Under the pieces are notes generated by a model. That model made no database searches. It had not been told where the DNA came from and saw nothing but the letters and a program-made list of their open reading frames with translations. The position numbers were made by a program, and so were the translations under genes. From Camelus ferus (Eukaryota), in contig NC_045697.1 in assembly GCF_009834535.1 (NCBI RefSeq), positions 746,001 through 810,000 of the forward strand: a stretch of DNA of 64,000 nucleotides, read 5' to 3'. Below, in pieces: positions 24,625 to 35,830 of the stretch (positions are counted from its first letter, which is position 1; every line of letters starts with the position of its first letter).

Positions 24625-25003
24625 TTTGGTGTTTGACAGCTTTTAGCCTCACCCCTCCCTCTTCCCTTTGTGTCTCATATCTGGACAAAATGACAAGAAA
24701 GCCTGGGTGCTCCCTCCTCTGATGCTGATGGAACATGCAGACCATGCAAGCCTCTGCCCACACATGGGAACTCTCACCCCAGCCCCAGCCCCTAACCTAA
24801 TAAAAATATCTTTTCTTGGTCTCTCCTGACTTGCTTGGGAAGCCTACGCTGCTCTCCTCAGAAACATGAATTATTTAAGTAATTCCAAACTTTTTCATAC
24901 TCTCTTGGGGTGTGTGAGTGTGTGTGTGTGTGTGGCTTCTTCAGTCTCAATATTTGAACCAAATTTGGGGTAGGATCTGCCTGCCTCTGCAAGTAACCAT
25001 AAT
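24625..25003 (+). mobile_element. MER74/MER54-like ERVL LTR
   Basis: aagaaagcctgggtgctccctcct...ttttcatactctcttggggtgtgtg...cagtctcaatatttgaaccaaatttggggtagg. Confidence 0.6.
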
Positions 25004-25451
25004 GGTGGCCTACTACATAGCCTATTTTTGTGAATAATTACACACAAAAGAATTGACATTCTCCATGAGATATGTAGATTCATAGAGAAGCAATAGGTAT
25101 AATTCAATTAATTTACTATACCATTCAGATTTAAATATCCATACTTACTTTTTGTGTATTTCATCTATCATTTTATAAGAGGAGTTTGTTCAAAGTTCCA
25201 ACTCCCATAGTTTAGTCTTATATTTCTCCTGATAATTTTCTCAGTTGTAGTTTTATATTATTTTAAGATTATATTATTGAATGATACATATGTATGATCA
25301 ATATATCTTCTTGATCTGTTGTTCCTTTGAATCAATGTCTAATATTCTTCTTTGTCCCTTATTATTTTTTTGGCCTTAATTCTATTTTGTCCAATATTAG
25401 AATTGCTACTCCATATTCCTTTTAGTATCTTTTTTTAATCCCTTGATTTCT

Positions 25452-25479
25452 CTTCCTTTTTCTTTCTTTCTTTCTTTCT

Positions 25480-25531
<52 letters not shown>

Positions 25532-26530
25532 GTTTTTGTTTAGTTTTGTTTTTGTTGTTGTTGTGTGTGTGTGTCTACTTTATAATTGTGTATTTTATGA
25601 AATCTTGTAACCAGCATGTATTACTTTATAATTAAGTTTTTACAGTTTGTCAAATAAATCATGGGAGGAAACCACACAGAGAGCACTGTATTGTTACTGT
25701 TTTTTCACATGCATTTCCCAGGAGGAAACTCTTTTTTCTAAGAAGAGCCAGTTTTCCTCTCATAAGACTAAGACACTGCTTCATGCCCCGTGATGGCCAG
25801 TGTGGGAAGGAAACACTCTGCAGAGCTGTGCTCAGCAACCCTGGGTGGAGCTGCTCCATCCAAAGATGGAAATCTCCAGAATCTTTGAGGAATAACTCTA
25901 TCTGCTAATGCTCAAACTCTGACAAACGGTTTCAAAGCTGGAGGCTCACAGACACCAGGTCATCCTCAAAGGTCAGCACATGGCATTCAGATGCTCACCT
26001 GTGTGCCTTTAGAGCCTGTTGACAAAGGCCCCATGTCCACAACATGCTGGCGCCCAGCAGCAGCTGTCAGCTAAGGGGAACCTGCTCAGGCACAGGGTCA
26101 CCCGGAGGCTCTCCAGATCACAACAGCTGGGCTTCAGCTGTTGGAAGTCCTGCCTTTCATGGGTTGCTTTCAGGTGCATGGAGGCCAGGTGGGTGTTGCA
26201 GTGTCTGTCACAATCAGAGCCTCCTTGGGGGGCTGGCTGCTAGAGGCGGTATAGCTGCCACCCTGGCAGACCATGCTTCGTGTACTATAGGTGCTGCTCT
26301 GGTCTGTGGAGTGGAGAACCTTGCAGCAGCAACCCTTAAACCTCCTACCCAAAAACTGCTGTGTTGGGGGGGTCCTTAATATTCTTGTATTTCTCCTGGG
26401 ATAGCCTGCCTCCAAGGGAGGCAGTGCCTGGAGCAAGGGCTGGGCAAGACCTCCTTTGGACAGAGAAGCTGCTTTAGAAGTTGAAAAGTCTGTTTTGGGG
26501 GGGCACTCTTGCTACCTGTGTGCCTGTTCC
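25452..26530 (-). pseudogene. Retroposed insert of unknown parent (5'-truncated retrocopy or orphan 3' transduction)
   Basis: 14-bp TSD (25438-25451 and 26531-26544, 1 mismatch), TT/AAAA L1 endonuclease site on the minus strand, T-rich tail at the left end, and the host L1 resumes across the insert. All three minus-strand frames contain stops. Confidence 0.7.
25459..25531. repeat. (TTTC)n microsatellite, probably derived from a poly(A) tail
   Basis: Direct reading; it lies just inside the TSD. Confidence 0.95.
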
Positions 26531-28913
26531 ATCCCTTGATTTTTAACCTTTCTGTGCCTTTTCCTGTAAAATGTTCCTTCTTTAAGCAACATACTGCAGC
26601 ATCTTGCTTCTCATCCCATTTATGAGTCTCTGCTTTCAGATCACTGAGTCTAACTCATTTACATTTATTGTACTCCTTTTATATTAGAGTTGATTTGTGC
26701 CATCTTGTGTGTTTTCTAATTTCTCTACTTGGTTTCTTTTTTTCTTTTCTTCTTTTCTACTTCTCCAAGGTTGCAAAGACCCTGCCTCTCCCTGCTCTCC
26801 ATGCAGGCTGGTTCCTCTCTGGACACACTGTGGCTGCTGCTCTCAAGGATCTTTGACCCACCTAGAAAAGCCAGCCATCACTGCACTTGCCAGGAATGGA
26901 GCTGAGAGTGACCATGTGCCCCAGGATGCCATTCCTGCATCAGGTGGGCTAGCAAGGATGTGGTGGTGGTCAGTCTTGTTTGCCAGGGCATCTGCAGTAC
27001 AGTGCCCACACGCACACCTAAGGCCTCAGTTTGTATATCACAAGTGAACAAATGAATGAATGAGTCCTCATTCATTTTGGACATGCGACATGCCCTGAGG
27101 GCCTGTGTCCACCCCACTTGTGGCTCCTCCAGGTGTAGGTTCAGGGTCCATTCAGGGGCCTGGGAGTCCCTGGAGGAAAGAATGTGAACCCTCCAGAGGT
27201 GGCCAAGAAGGGGTCTCAGCAGAGGAAGGAACCAGCACCCTGGACGGGGACCGCAGCAGAGGGCACCCTGAGGCCACCATTGGGCTCTCCTTGTTCACAA
27301 GTGGGGATGCTTGGCCGGCAGCCCCCTGCTCCACACCCATCCCTGCCTGGGAGCCAGCACAAGGTGTTCAGAGCCTCCCTCTGGGGTGCAGGACAGAAGG
27401 AGGGACAGTTAGATGGGAGAGCAGACATTTCAACCCGAGGCAGTTGGCCGTCCCCAGCCCCAGGCGTGAGCCTAGCACCGTTTCGCTGGATGAAAAATGG
27501 TGCTATTTTTAAAGGGAGATGCAGCAAAGACCACTTCTATTTGTTTCTGTGGGGCTTCGTCTGGGCTGTGGTGCCTACGCATTAATGCTGCTCTCCAAGG
27601 AAGACAAACGGGAAAAAGCTGAGCCCTGAACCCACCTGATACCATCAAGCACCACAGGGAAGAAATGCTGCGTAATAACCTCTTGAAGGTTTCCTAAATT
27701 AATACCAAACTGATGACCCTCGGCGTATCGCCCCCATCAGCCACGTCCCAAGCCGTGCTGCCATCCATCTCCAGGACAGTGATGGCTCAGTGAGGCGGAC
27801 TTGCCCCACATGCCCAGGGCGTGTCCAGCGTGGAGGAGAGACCACACAGACCGTCCCCAGACTGACCAGAGGGGAGAGGCCTGCCTGGTCCCGATTGGCC
27901 TTTTGCTCTTTCCCTGAATGCTCTCTCAGTGGGGGGCGGGGGGGGGGTGTCCTGGAGGGCTCCAAGCCACTTGGAGACAATTAGCAGTGTGACAGCCCCC
28001 AACACAGCACCTGTGCCCCTTGCGCTATACTTGGCCACGTTCTTCCCGCAGCCCCGCGTCACCCAAGTTCCTGCACCCCCGGGCCCAGCTCCCCTCACCA
28101 GACCCAGCCAGGCTGCAGCACCCAGACAGTCTAGAGGCCACAAGGTCAGAGGGGCAGGCAGGCACCAGCCACCAGTTCTCAGGCTGCCCAGAGGGAAGAG
28201 AGACCTGCAGCTGTAGAGACGCCTGAGGCAGAGGCAGAGCTCCCTCTGCCCTCACCCATGTCTGCGGTCAGGGCTGCCCTCCAGGGGCACCGGCCACAGC
28301 TGTCAGCCCAAGGGCTACGGGCCGGGGCCTGGCAAGAGCCCACCCTGCCCGAGGGGTTGGCCCGAGGCAGGCAGACAGAATGAAGGCTCAGAGCTGGTGC
28401 ATCTGTGCAAGGTTGGCCCTCGGGTGGGGCTCTGCTGCTGGGAGGCGCCCAGGAGCCTGGACACCCTCCTGCCTGCCTCTGCACCCTGACCTCACGGGAC
28501 CCCAGGGGGAAGCCAGGAAGATGATAATAGTAACCCAGAAAATGCAGACACCAGCAGCCTTCTTCAGCTACTGAGGTGCCCAGGCCACGCCCACATCATG
28601 CCAGCCCTGCCAGACACTCCTGCTCACTCTCTGCTAAACCAGGTGGCTCTGCAGAAGCCACCCCCATAGGCCAGGACCCAGGCCGGTCCGTGTAGTGAAG
28701 GTGAGTGAGTGCCCTGCCACCTGGGACCTGGGTCTCCAGGAGAGCTCATTGCCTCAGTCCCCGGCCTGGCAGTGTTCCCACCCTGAGCCCGCCAGGAGCA
28801 CACATGAGGTAGAAACCGTAGGGGAACTTGAGTGGGAGCATTCCAGGGAGCGGGGAGGATGGCCAAGGGCTGAAAGAGGCTGCCGGCCCACCCTCCTGCC
28901 ACCCCAAGGGTCA

Positions 28914-29027
28914 GGCCCTGCCTCCGGGCTCTCCCTGCCCTGGCCTGGCCCTGCCCTGGCCCTGGCCCTGGCCCTGCCCTGCCCTGGCCCTGCCTCTGGG
29001 CTCTCCCTGCCCTGGCCTGGCCCTGGC
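28914..29027. repeat. (GCCCT/GGCCCT)n compound repeat with a duplicated 40-bp unit
   Basis: ggccctgcctc(c/t)gggctctccctgccctggcctggccctg at 28914 and 28986, separated by pentamer/hexamer repeats. Confidence 0.85.
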
Positions 29028-29689
29028 CTCGTGGAAGCAGCTGTTGGGGAAGCTTCAGGAGGTCCGTTCTTCCTTCCAGTCCAGCTGGGAGCAGGTAGAC
29101 AGGCTCTGCCAGGGCCGCTTGTCATCCCAAAGACACTGGCCCCAGGGGACCCAGGGCAGTCTGCATGCCACCCCCACCACCAAGGTCCTGGGAGAGCCTG
29201 GTTGGATTCAGAGGCCCAACTCAGAGGGCTGGGAGGGGCGGGCCAGGGGCACGGGTGCCCCATCCCATCCTGGCCCTGCACACGGTCATGACGCTGGTGG
29301 CGGCGGGTCTGCTGTCACACCTGTGTCTCACAGGGGCTGCTCCACAGGCAGGGGTCCCATCTGGGCCTGGCAGGGCAGTGAGGGAGGGAGTGGTGGGGAC
29401 ACAAGGGACCCTCACCAGACACCTGTGCCAGGTCCTGTCAGTGGGCAGAGCCACATCAGCCCTGCCTTTGCCCCCAGGGTGTCCCCAGGTGGGCGGCACC
29501 CCTCAGTTCTGGCCTACCCCGCCTCCCCATCAGCACCCCCTCACCCACAAGAGGGAGGGAAGCCTCCCCTGTGGCCGAGGGCCGGCGCCTGCAGATGGCC
29601 CGGTGGGGGCTGCAAGGCGGCCCCCTTAGGGGTCTCCAAGGTTGCCCCTCGGCACCCCACCCCGCACCCTGGCCCGGCCCCCCTTGGTG

Positions 29690-30165
29690 GATCGATAGCT
29701 TTGGAAATCCAAAAAGAGCCCAAACAAAGCAGTGGGTTTGTAAGCACCCGGCTTGTATCAGCTGATAGATGGGCCGCTCTTTAAAGAACTTATCTCTCAG
29801 GGCTCGCGGGATGAGGGATGGTGCCATTCGTCCTGCCGGCGCGTCCGCACCAGCCAAGCCGGATCTATTTAAAAGATAGTGCGATACTGTCGACAGCAAT
29901 AGACAGGGTAATTGCAGAGCGCCTGCCGGGGTATAAATTACACGGCTCTAAGTGGTGGAGTGGCCGCGGGAGAGTGGGGAAATTCCTGACAATTTACGTG
30001 TCCCTCTGCCCCACCGCCTGCTTATCACGGGCCAGCAGAAGAAACACGCTCCTGGTGAAAAAATTAAGTATTGATCAAATTAACAGTTTTTACTGATCTT
30101 TTTAAGGGAGAAAAGGAGTGCGACAATTAAACTTAGAAACAAAGACGGGCGGGATAACTCTCGAC
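29690..30165. promoter_or_regulatory. Candidate GATA-rich conserved enhancer
   Basis: TATCAGCTGATA palindrome (29756-29767), TTATCT (29790-29795), AGATAG (29874-29879), CTTATCA (30021-30027), plus TAATTG, AAATTA and CAATTA. Confidence 0.65.
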
Positions 30166-31204
30166 CCCAGCGTGGCAAAGTCGGTGACACTGACAAGCAG
30201 GAGACACGGTCTCGGCAGCACTGCCACCCCCGGAAATGTGCGGGACGGAGCACACCCGGCTGGCAAGCCACCAACACTGCGGCCGCCCCAGGGCCCCAGG
30301 GTGGGAGTGGAGGGCCTGGCCACGGGGGGTGCCTTGCACGGCCCCTCACAGTCCCCCTGCAGACCGGCAGAGCCAGGCGGGCAGCACAGTGAGAGGAACC
30401 TTTGCTGTCCCTGAGCCTTTCCGGGGCAGACGCCCCCCTCATTCCCTTGGGTGGGCAAACACAGGAAATTACAGGACTCAGCACAGCCTGGAAGGCTTCC
30501 TGGAGGCAGAGGTGAGCAGGCTGGTGGCTGGTCTGGAGGGGCAGACAGATGGGGTCGGGGTGAGGGAAGGAAGGGAAGGGATCCAGCACACCCCCTGCTC
30601 GGACGCAGCCCTCAGGCACCCTGGGGGCCAGGGCTCTGCTGAGCCAGTGACTCAGCTCCGGTTTCTGGCCTGAGAAGGAGGCCCCGCCCAGGCGGTGGAG
30701 GCTGTCGCTGCACAGCAGCCTCACACGCCCGCGGGTCTGACCACACAGTCTGGGAGGGGTGGGGTCCAGAAGGTTCTCGCCCCTTTCTCCAGCGTCCACT
30801 GTGGCATGGGAGGCCCTCGCTGGCAGGAGAACACTCTTCCTTCTGCAAGCGGCCCCGCCTCACCTCTGGGATGGAGGCGGCCTGGCCCCAGGAAGCCCAG
30901 CTGGGAGGAGCACGCAGGCGGCCACAGGACCCAGCACCTATTGGGGGTCAGAGGGCAGGACGGGGTCACAGAGTGGGGAAGACTGAGGGAGGAGTAGGGG
31001 TGGAGCAGGTCCACAGCCACCAGGCCCCGTCCTGGGCCAGGGGCGGTGCGGCAGTTCGGTCCTTCTGGTCGGTCACCCCTGGAGCTCCCACCACAGGACG
31101 ACCCACACAGCTGCGCCTCCCACAGCCTCCGGGGCGCTGCTGTACCCGGAGCCAATGGACATTTTAAGGGGCTGTTGGGGCAGGGCGGGGAGTCGGGTGG
31201 GGCT

Positions 31205-31275
31205 CTGGGAAATAGCTCACTGGTATAAATTAGTGGCACTGAGAGGCAGATAAATAAATGGCTCCTGTCAGACCC
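31205..31275. promoter_or_regulatory. Short AT-rich candidate element
   Basis: ggtataaattagtgg...cagataaataaatggctcctgtca. Confidence 0.4.
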
Positions 31276-31591
31276 CAGCCTGGCACCAGCCCTTCACGAC
31301 ACCACAGGCTACTCAGGGCCCTGGAGTTCAACCCGCCACCCGGGAGGGAAGTGGGCCGCTCCCAGGGGCCGGCCCAGTCCCTACCCAGCCCAGCCAGACC
31401 GTGAAGGAGCTGAGAGGCCTCGGCTGGGCCCACGAGCGGCGCCCTCGGGAGCTGGCTCCTCTTCCCCTTTGACCTGTCAAAGAAGTGCCCCGCCCAGCGA
31501 CGAGGCTGTTCCTCTGGCCACCCAACGCCGAGTGGGGCCCCCAGGCCTGGCTGTGGCTCTTGGGCCACTGTCAGGTGAGGCCAGGCTGAGC

Positions 31592-31605
31592 CCAGCAGGG
31601 GGCAG
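31592..31605 (+). promoter_or_regulatory. CTCF core motif match
   Basis: CCAGCAGGGGGCAG fits CCASYAGRKGGCRS; chance matches are likely in GC-rich DNA. Confidence 0.3.
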
Positions 31606-32499
31606 GAGTGGGCAGCTGTCCCCGTCTACTGCACCATCCCTGCTGATGTGGCACGTGAGGCCCCTGCTCCTGAGCCAGGTTCAAGGTGTACTTGGGGACA
31701 GACGGACAAGAGAAGGGAGGATGCCCAGTGGCTCAGGGCACCTCTGGGCTACCCCTGGGCCACCCTTACAGGAGTCCCCAGGGCCACATCCCAGAAGCCA
31801 TACCCTTGGGCCTCGTGGTGAGGGCCGCAGCCAAGGCCGCAGCAGCAGGGCGGGAGGGGACCCCATGCTCTCTATGCCCCCCTGTTCGGGCCTCGCCCCC
31901 TCACCCATGCTCCTCCCACTGGCCTGTCTGGCCTGACCAGGTCCCGGCTGCTCCCCACAGAAGACACAGCCCTACACTCCCCACCCATTTTCCCTGCCCA
32001 GCAAGGGGGTCCTGGGGGCGGCCTGGGCAGGATGGCCAAGAGTCTGCCCCTCATGGAAGGGAAGGGCTCCAGTGTGGCCTGGTGGAGCCCTCCCCACACT
32101 GGACGCCCGTAGGCCGGCCTCTCCCCGGGCCCCCTGGCTGCCTTGGCCTCAACCACCACCCATTGCCCACTCTGGGCTCCCACGCTGCCTCTGGGAAAGG
32201 GGTCCAGGGGCTTCAATGCACATGAGAGAGGCAGACGCCAGCAGGGATGGAGATAGAGGGGCCCAAGTTCCCCCCACCGTGACCGCAACGGCGCCCAAGC
32301 CCACGTTGTCCACCCTGGGGACCAGCCGCAGCAACCAGCCCAAAAGGCCCCCCTGCGTGGCCGAGGGAGCGGCCAGGCCTGGCCACACGCCTGCCCCCGT
32401 GGCGAGCTCCGCACAGAGGGGCCTGCAGCAGGTGGGACGAGGGGTTTGCTTTCCCTCTACATCTTTCCATGTTCGAATTTTTAAATACAACTGCTGTAA

Positions 32500-32900
32500 A
32501 ACTACTTGTTTTTAGGTAAACTCTGATTTGGAGAAAATTACAGAAGCACGTGAACTTGTAAGAAACTGTACCAAGAGACCCCTCGTACCCTTTGCCCACT
32601 GAGCCCAGCACTGCCAGCACAGCCAGCACACCGGCTTCGAAAGCCGAGACCGACTCCCCAGACCGTGCGTGCCCTTCAGGCCCCCCAGCCCCCCGCCCCA
32701 GGAGCACTGAGCCCACCTGCAGTTCACGCATCACCGAGCAGGTGCCGGAGGCCGAGGGAGAGACGCAGGCGGAGTGTGTCTCTGGACCCGGCTCATGCTG
32801 CCTGGCCCCCGGGTGCTCCCACCAACCTTCACACTTCCGTTCACAGGATATTGACCTTTCACCACCAAGGGACACCAGCTGTTCCCAGCCCTTCACCTGT
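32500..32900 (-). mobile_element. Ancient L1M 3' UTR fragment, GC-shifted
   Basis: aaattacagaagc...ttgtaagaaactgtaccaagagacccctcgtaccctttgccca...tcacaggatattgac. Confidence 0.5.
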
Positions 32901-34204
32901 GTTGCTTCTGAGATAACGCTTCTTTAAAAAGGAGAGACAGAGACAAAGGCAGACAGAGAGAGAGACAGAGACCAGCCAGTGGCCCTAGAAGATCTGTGCT
33001 GGGATCCGCCCTGGGCAGCAGTCTGCCATCAGCCGGGCGCTCGGCCCAGCATCCATCACCCACACGAGGCCCAGAGCGGGCAGGGAGGCTCCTCCAAGAA
33101 CGTCCACAGGCCCTGTGTAAAGTGGGCACCCCGCCGGCTTCCTGGGCCCTCGAGGTCCACTGGCCTCTGCATGGCCCCACGTCCAGCAATGCCCAGCTCC
33201 CGTGTGACATCAGCAGAACTGCAGCCAGGCCTGGGCCACTCAGGTCCAGTTAGGGGGTTGCTCAGTCCCTCTCCCATCTCCCTCCCCTCCTCTTCCCCTC
33301 ACCCCTCTGCAGGCATCTCCCCACCACTCCTGCAGGGGCAGGGACTGGAGGTGGGCTTGCTAAACCCAAATCCGGCCTCGTCCCTTCTGCCACAGACCCC
33401 AGCTCACTGTTCTGGTGAGGCCACCCGTGAGGGCCGGGCCAGTGTCCTCCTCCAGCCCCACTCCTAACACTGTACTTCAACCAACCTGTCTGTTGCAGGA
33501 GTCTGGAGACCCTGCATGTGGCAGAGACTGGCTTGGTACTGATCATGGGGCCCACGTGGGGACTGCCCACCGGCTAGCCCTGACCCCAGCCCCGTCCTTG
33601 GAACTTCTGAGCAGGGCAGGTGTGGAGGAGGTGTGGGGCACTGCCCCCCGCCCAGGGCCTGTGCTCCTACAGAGACCCCAGCGTGCCCCCCTTGCCCTCC
33701 AGGACAGAGTGACCAGGGCAGTGCATGGCCAGCTGTCTCCAGCAAAGCCGAGGCTCTTGCGTGGCTGAAGAGGGCCAGCTCCTCGGCCCTGGGGCCCTCC
33801 AGCCCTGGGCCGTTCCTGCATCCGGCGGGGCGATGAAGGCAGGAAGGAGATGGAAGGAGATGGGGACACTCCCTAGTAAAGCTCCGAGATGTCAGTCCCA
33901 TGGCCACCGGCCTGCCCACCGACCTCACAGAAAGAAGCCCCAGGAAGGGCGGCCGCATTCGGGCATGTCTGAGAGGCGTGGGAGCAGGCTCCCAGCAGCA
34001 GCCCCCGCCACCACCTCCCCGGCCCCCCGGGGTGCCGACGGGCCCTGACCCCAGGGCGCCCGGCTCCCATCCCTCAGACCCGAGGCTGGTGGGGCCTGAT
34101 GCGCCCCAGAGAGCGAGGGAGAGAAAAAACACTGGGAAAACCCACAGTGGGGGGGAGAGGGAGAGGGAGGCGCACGGAGAAGGTTCAGGCCTTGCATCCC
34201 CGGA

Positions 34205-34615
34205 GCCGATGTTTAAGCGTGAAGAACGGCTGCTGCCGGATCCTGCTGGAAAGCCCCTCCTGCGTTTGATGCCTTTTCTCTGCACAGTGATGTGTCTTTT
34301 AAAAAAGACCCCTGCTATATGTTACAAGAAGTGTATCTCTTTCACCGAGACAGAGCATTTTAATTCCCCGACACCTTTTAGTGATTGCTTCAATTTCCGA
34401 AGATTTTGATAAAATCATGCGGTTTAAGAGTCGCGGGCTGGAGCGCCCAGCGCGGCAGAACGTAATGAAATGCTCCTGTTTCATAGCCTTCATTTGACAC
34501 AGCCCAGCTCCGGGGGCTAATAACGCCGCATGATAAATGTCGGAGCCACGATTGTAAAAATATACTTGTAATTGGGTTAATATGCCTTAAAATACTGCCC
34601 ATCACTTACCTTTCT
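34205..34615. promoter_or_regulatory. Candidate conserved non-coding element
   Basis: AT-rich non-repeat island; GATTTT-GAT-AAAATC inverted repeat (34402-34416), TGATAA x2, TAATGA, TAATTG and TTAATA. Confidence 0.6.
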
Positions 34616-35744
34616 TCCCTCTGTGGCACGCGTGGGGGTGCGTACGGGCACGGGGGTGCCTCTCCTTCCGCCCCTGCCCTGCTTCCTGCAGCAGGCCCTT
34701 CTCACCGAGAGAGAGGACCAGGGGCCTGGGGACAGAGGCAGCCGCCCAAACCCCACCTGGCCCTCGGCCGGGAGCAGGCACTCCACGCAGCAGGACACGT
34801 GGGGTAGGTGTCCTTCAGGCGGGGTGCCCTCTGTGCTCCGATGTCCCCAAGGACCGTAGCAAGCTCTCTGTGCCCGTGGGGTCTCAGAAGGGCTGGGGCA
34901 GCCCCCCTCACTCAGCCCCCGTGGGAGGCTCATGAGGCAAGAGGGAGCAGGCAGAGGTGGAGTCACGAGCCTGGCCGTATTCTCCAGCGGCTGAGACCCA
35001 GAACATGCCAGCTGGGTGTCCCCAGGGCCCAGACCATGGCCTGGCCGCCTCCGTGTCCTGTTAGTGGGCTCACTGCTCAGAGGGTGGGTGGGGGTGGGGG
35101 TGGATCTCTGGGTGGGAGGGTGGGTGGTGGAGGGCAGGAGGGTGTATGGATGGTACAGAGCAGGCAGGGTCGGCTGGTGCTGCAGCAGGCTGGGGGATCC
35201 CCTGTACGGAGTGTTGGGGGGCCTGCATTCAGACCAGGAGGGGCCCCCTGTCCCTCGGGCAGAGGCCTTCTCCCTGAGGGCTCATGCCCCCTCTGGGAGG
35301 GTCGGTTCTGCCCGGCCCCCAGCCTGCTGGCACACGGCCCTGCAGGCATTGCTCACTCCACCGGCCCTCTGCTCCCTGGCCCCAGAGGAAGCAGGACAGG
35401 TGAGCTCTGAGCCCAGGTAGACTGGCAAGGACTGACTGGGGCACCCAAGGGGGTTCAAGGGCTCAGGCCGGCTTTGTGGGAAAGGGGCTCGCTGGTCAGT
35501 AGGGCAGGTGGGCAGGAGGGGCAGTCCCGGGCCACACAGCAGGGATGAGCGTGGCCAGAGTGAGGGTGAGAGGGGTCAGCAGAGCCAGACCTCTGCTGTC
35601 TCAGCACACCACCACCATCCCTGGGCCCCAAACAGGCCTTGGAAACTTCTGGATGCTCCAACCCTTGGGGGATGGGCTGACCAGCCAGGAACTCCCTGCC
35701 TGGCTTGCCCCCTAGACCTCAGAGGGTCGCTGATGGGCACACAC

Positions 35745-35830
35745 GCCCACTTCATAGATGAGAAGACAGGGCCTAGAGAGGCCTAGCGAGTGACCTTGGC
35801 GACCAGAGCTGGGCAGGAAGGTGCGCTCAG
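35745..35830 (-). mobile_element. MIR fragment
   Basis: cccacttcatagatgagaagacagggcctagagagg. Confidence 0.55.

Larger units (their letters stand above)
20590..26790 (-). mobile_element. Ancient degraded L1M, antisense, interrupted by several younger insertions
   Basis: T-rich blocks collinear with antisense L1 ORF2 (acattgatagattttctgatgttgaaccatctttgcattcc; ttctattttgtccaatattagaattgctactcc; ctcatttacatttattgta) resume after each nested insert. Confidence 0.7.

Noticed and set aside
26170..26436. 88-aa minus-strand ORF in the retroposed insert as a functional retrogene
   Set aside because: Non-ATG start, no recognisable homology, other frames interrupted by stops, and no promoter evidence.
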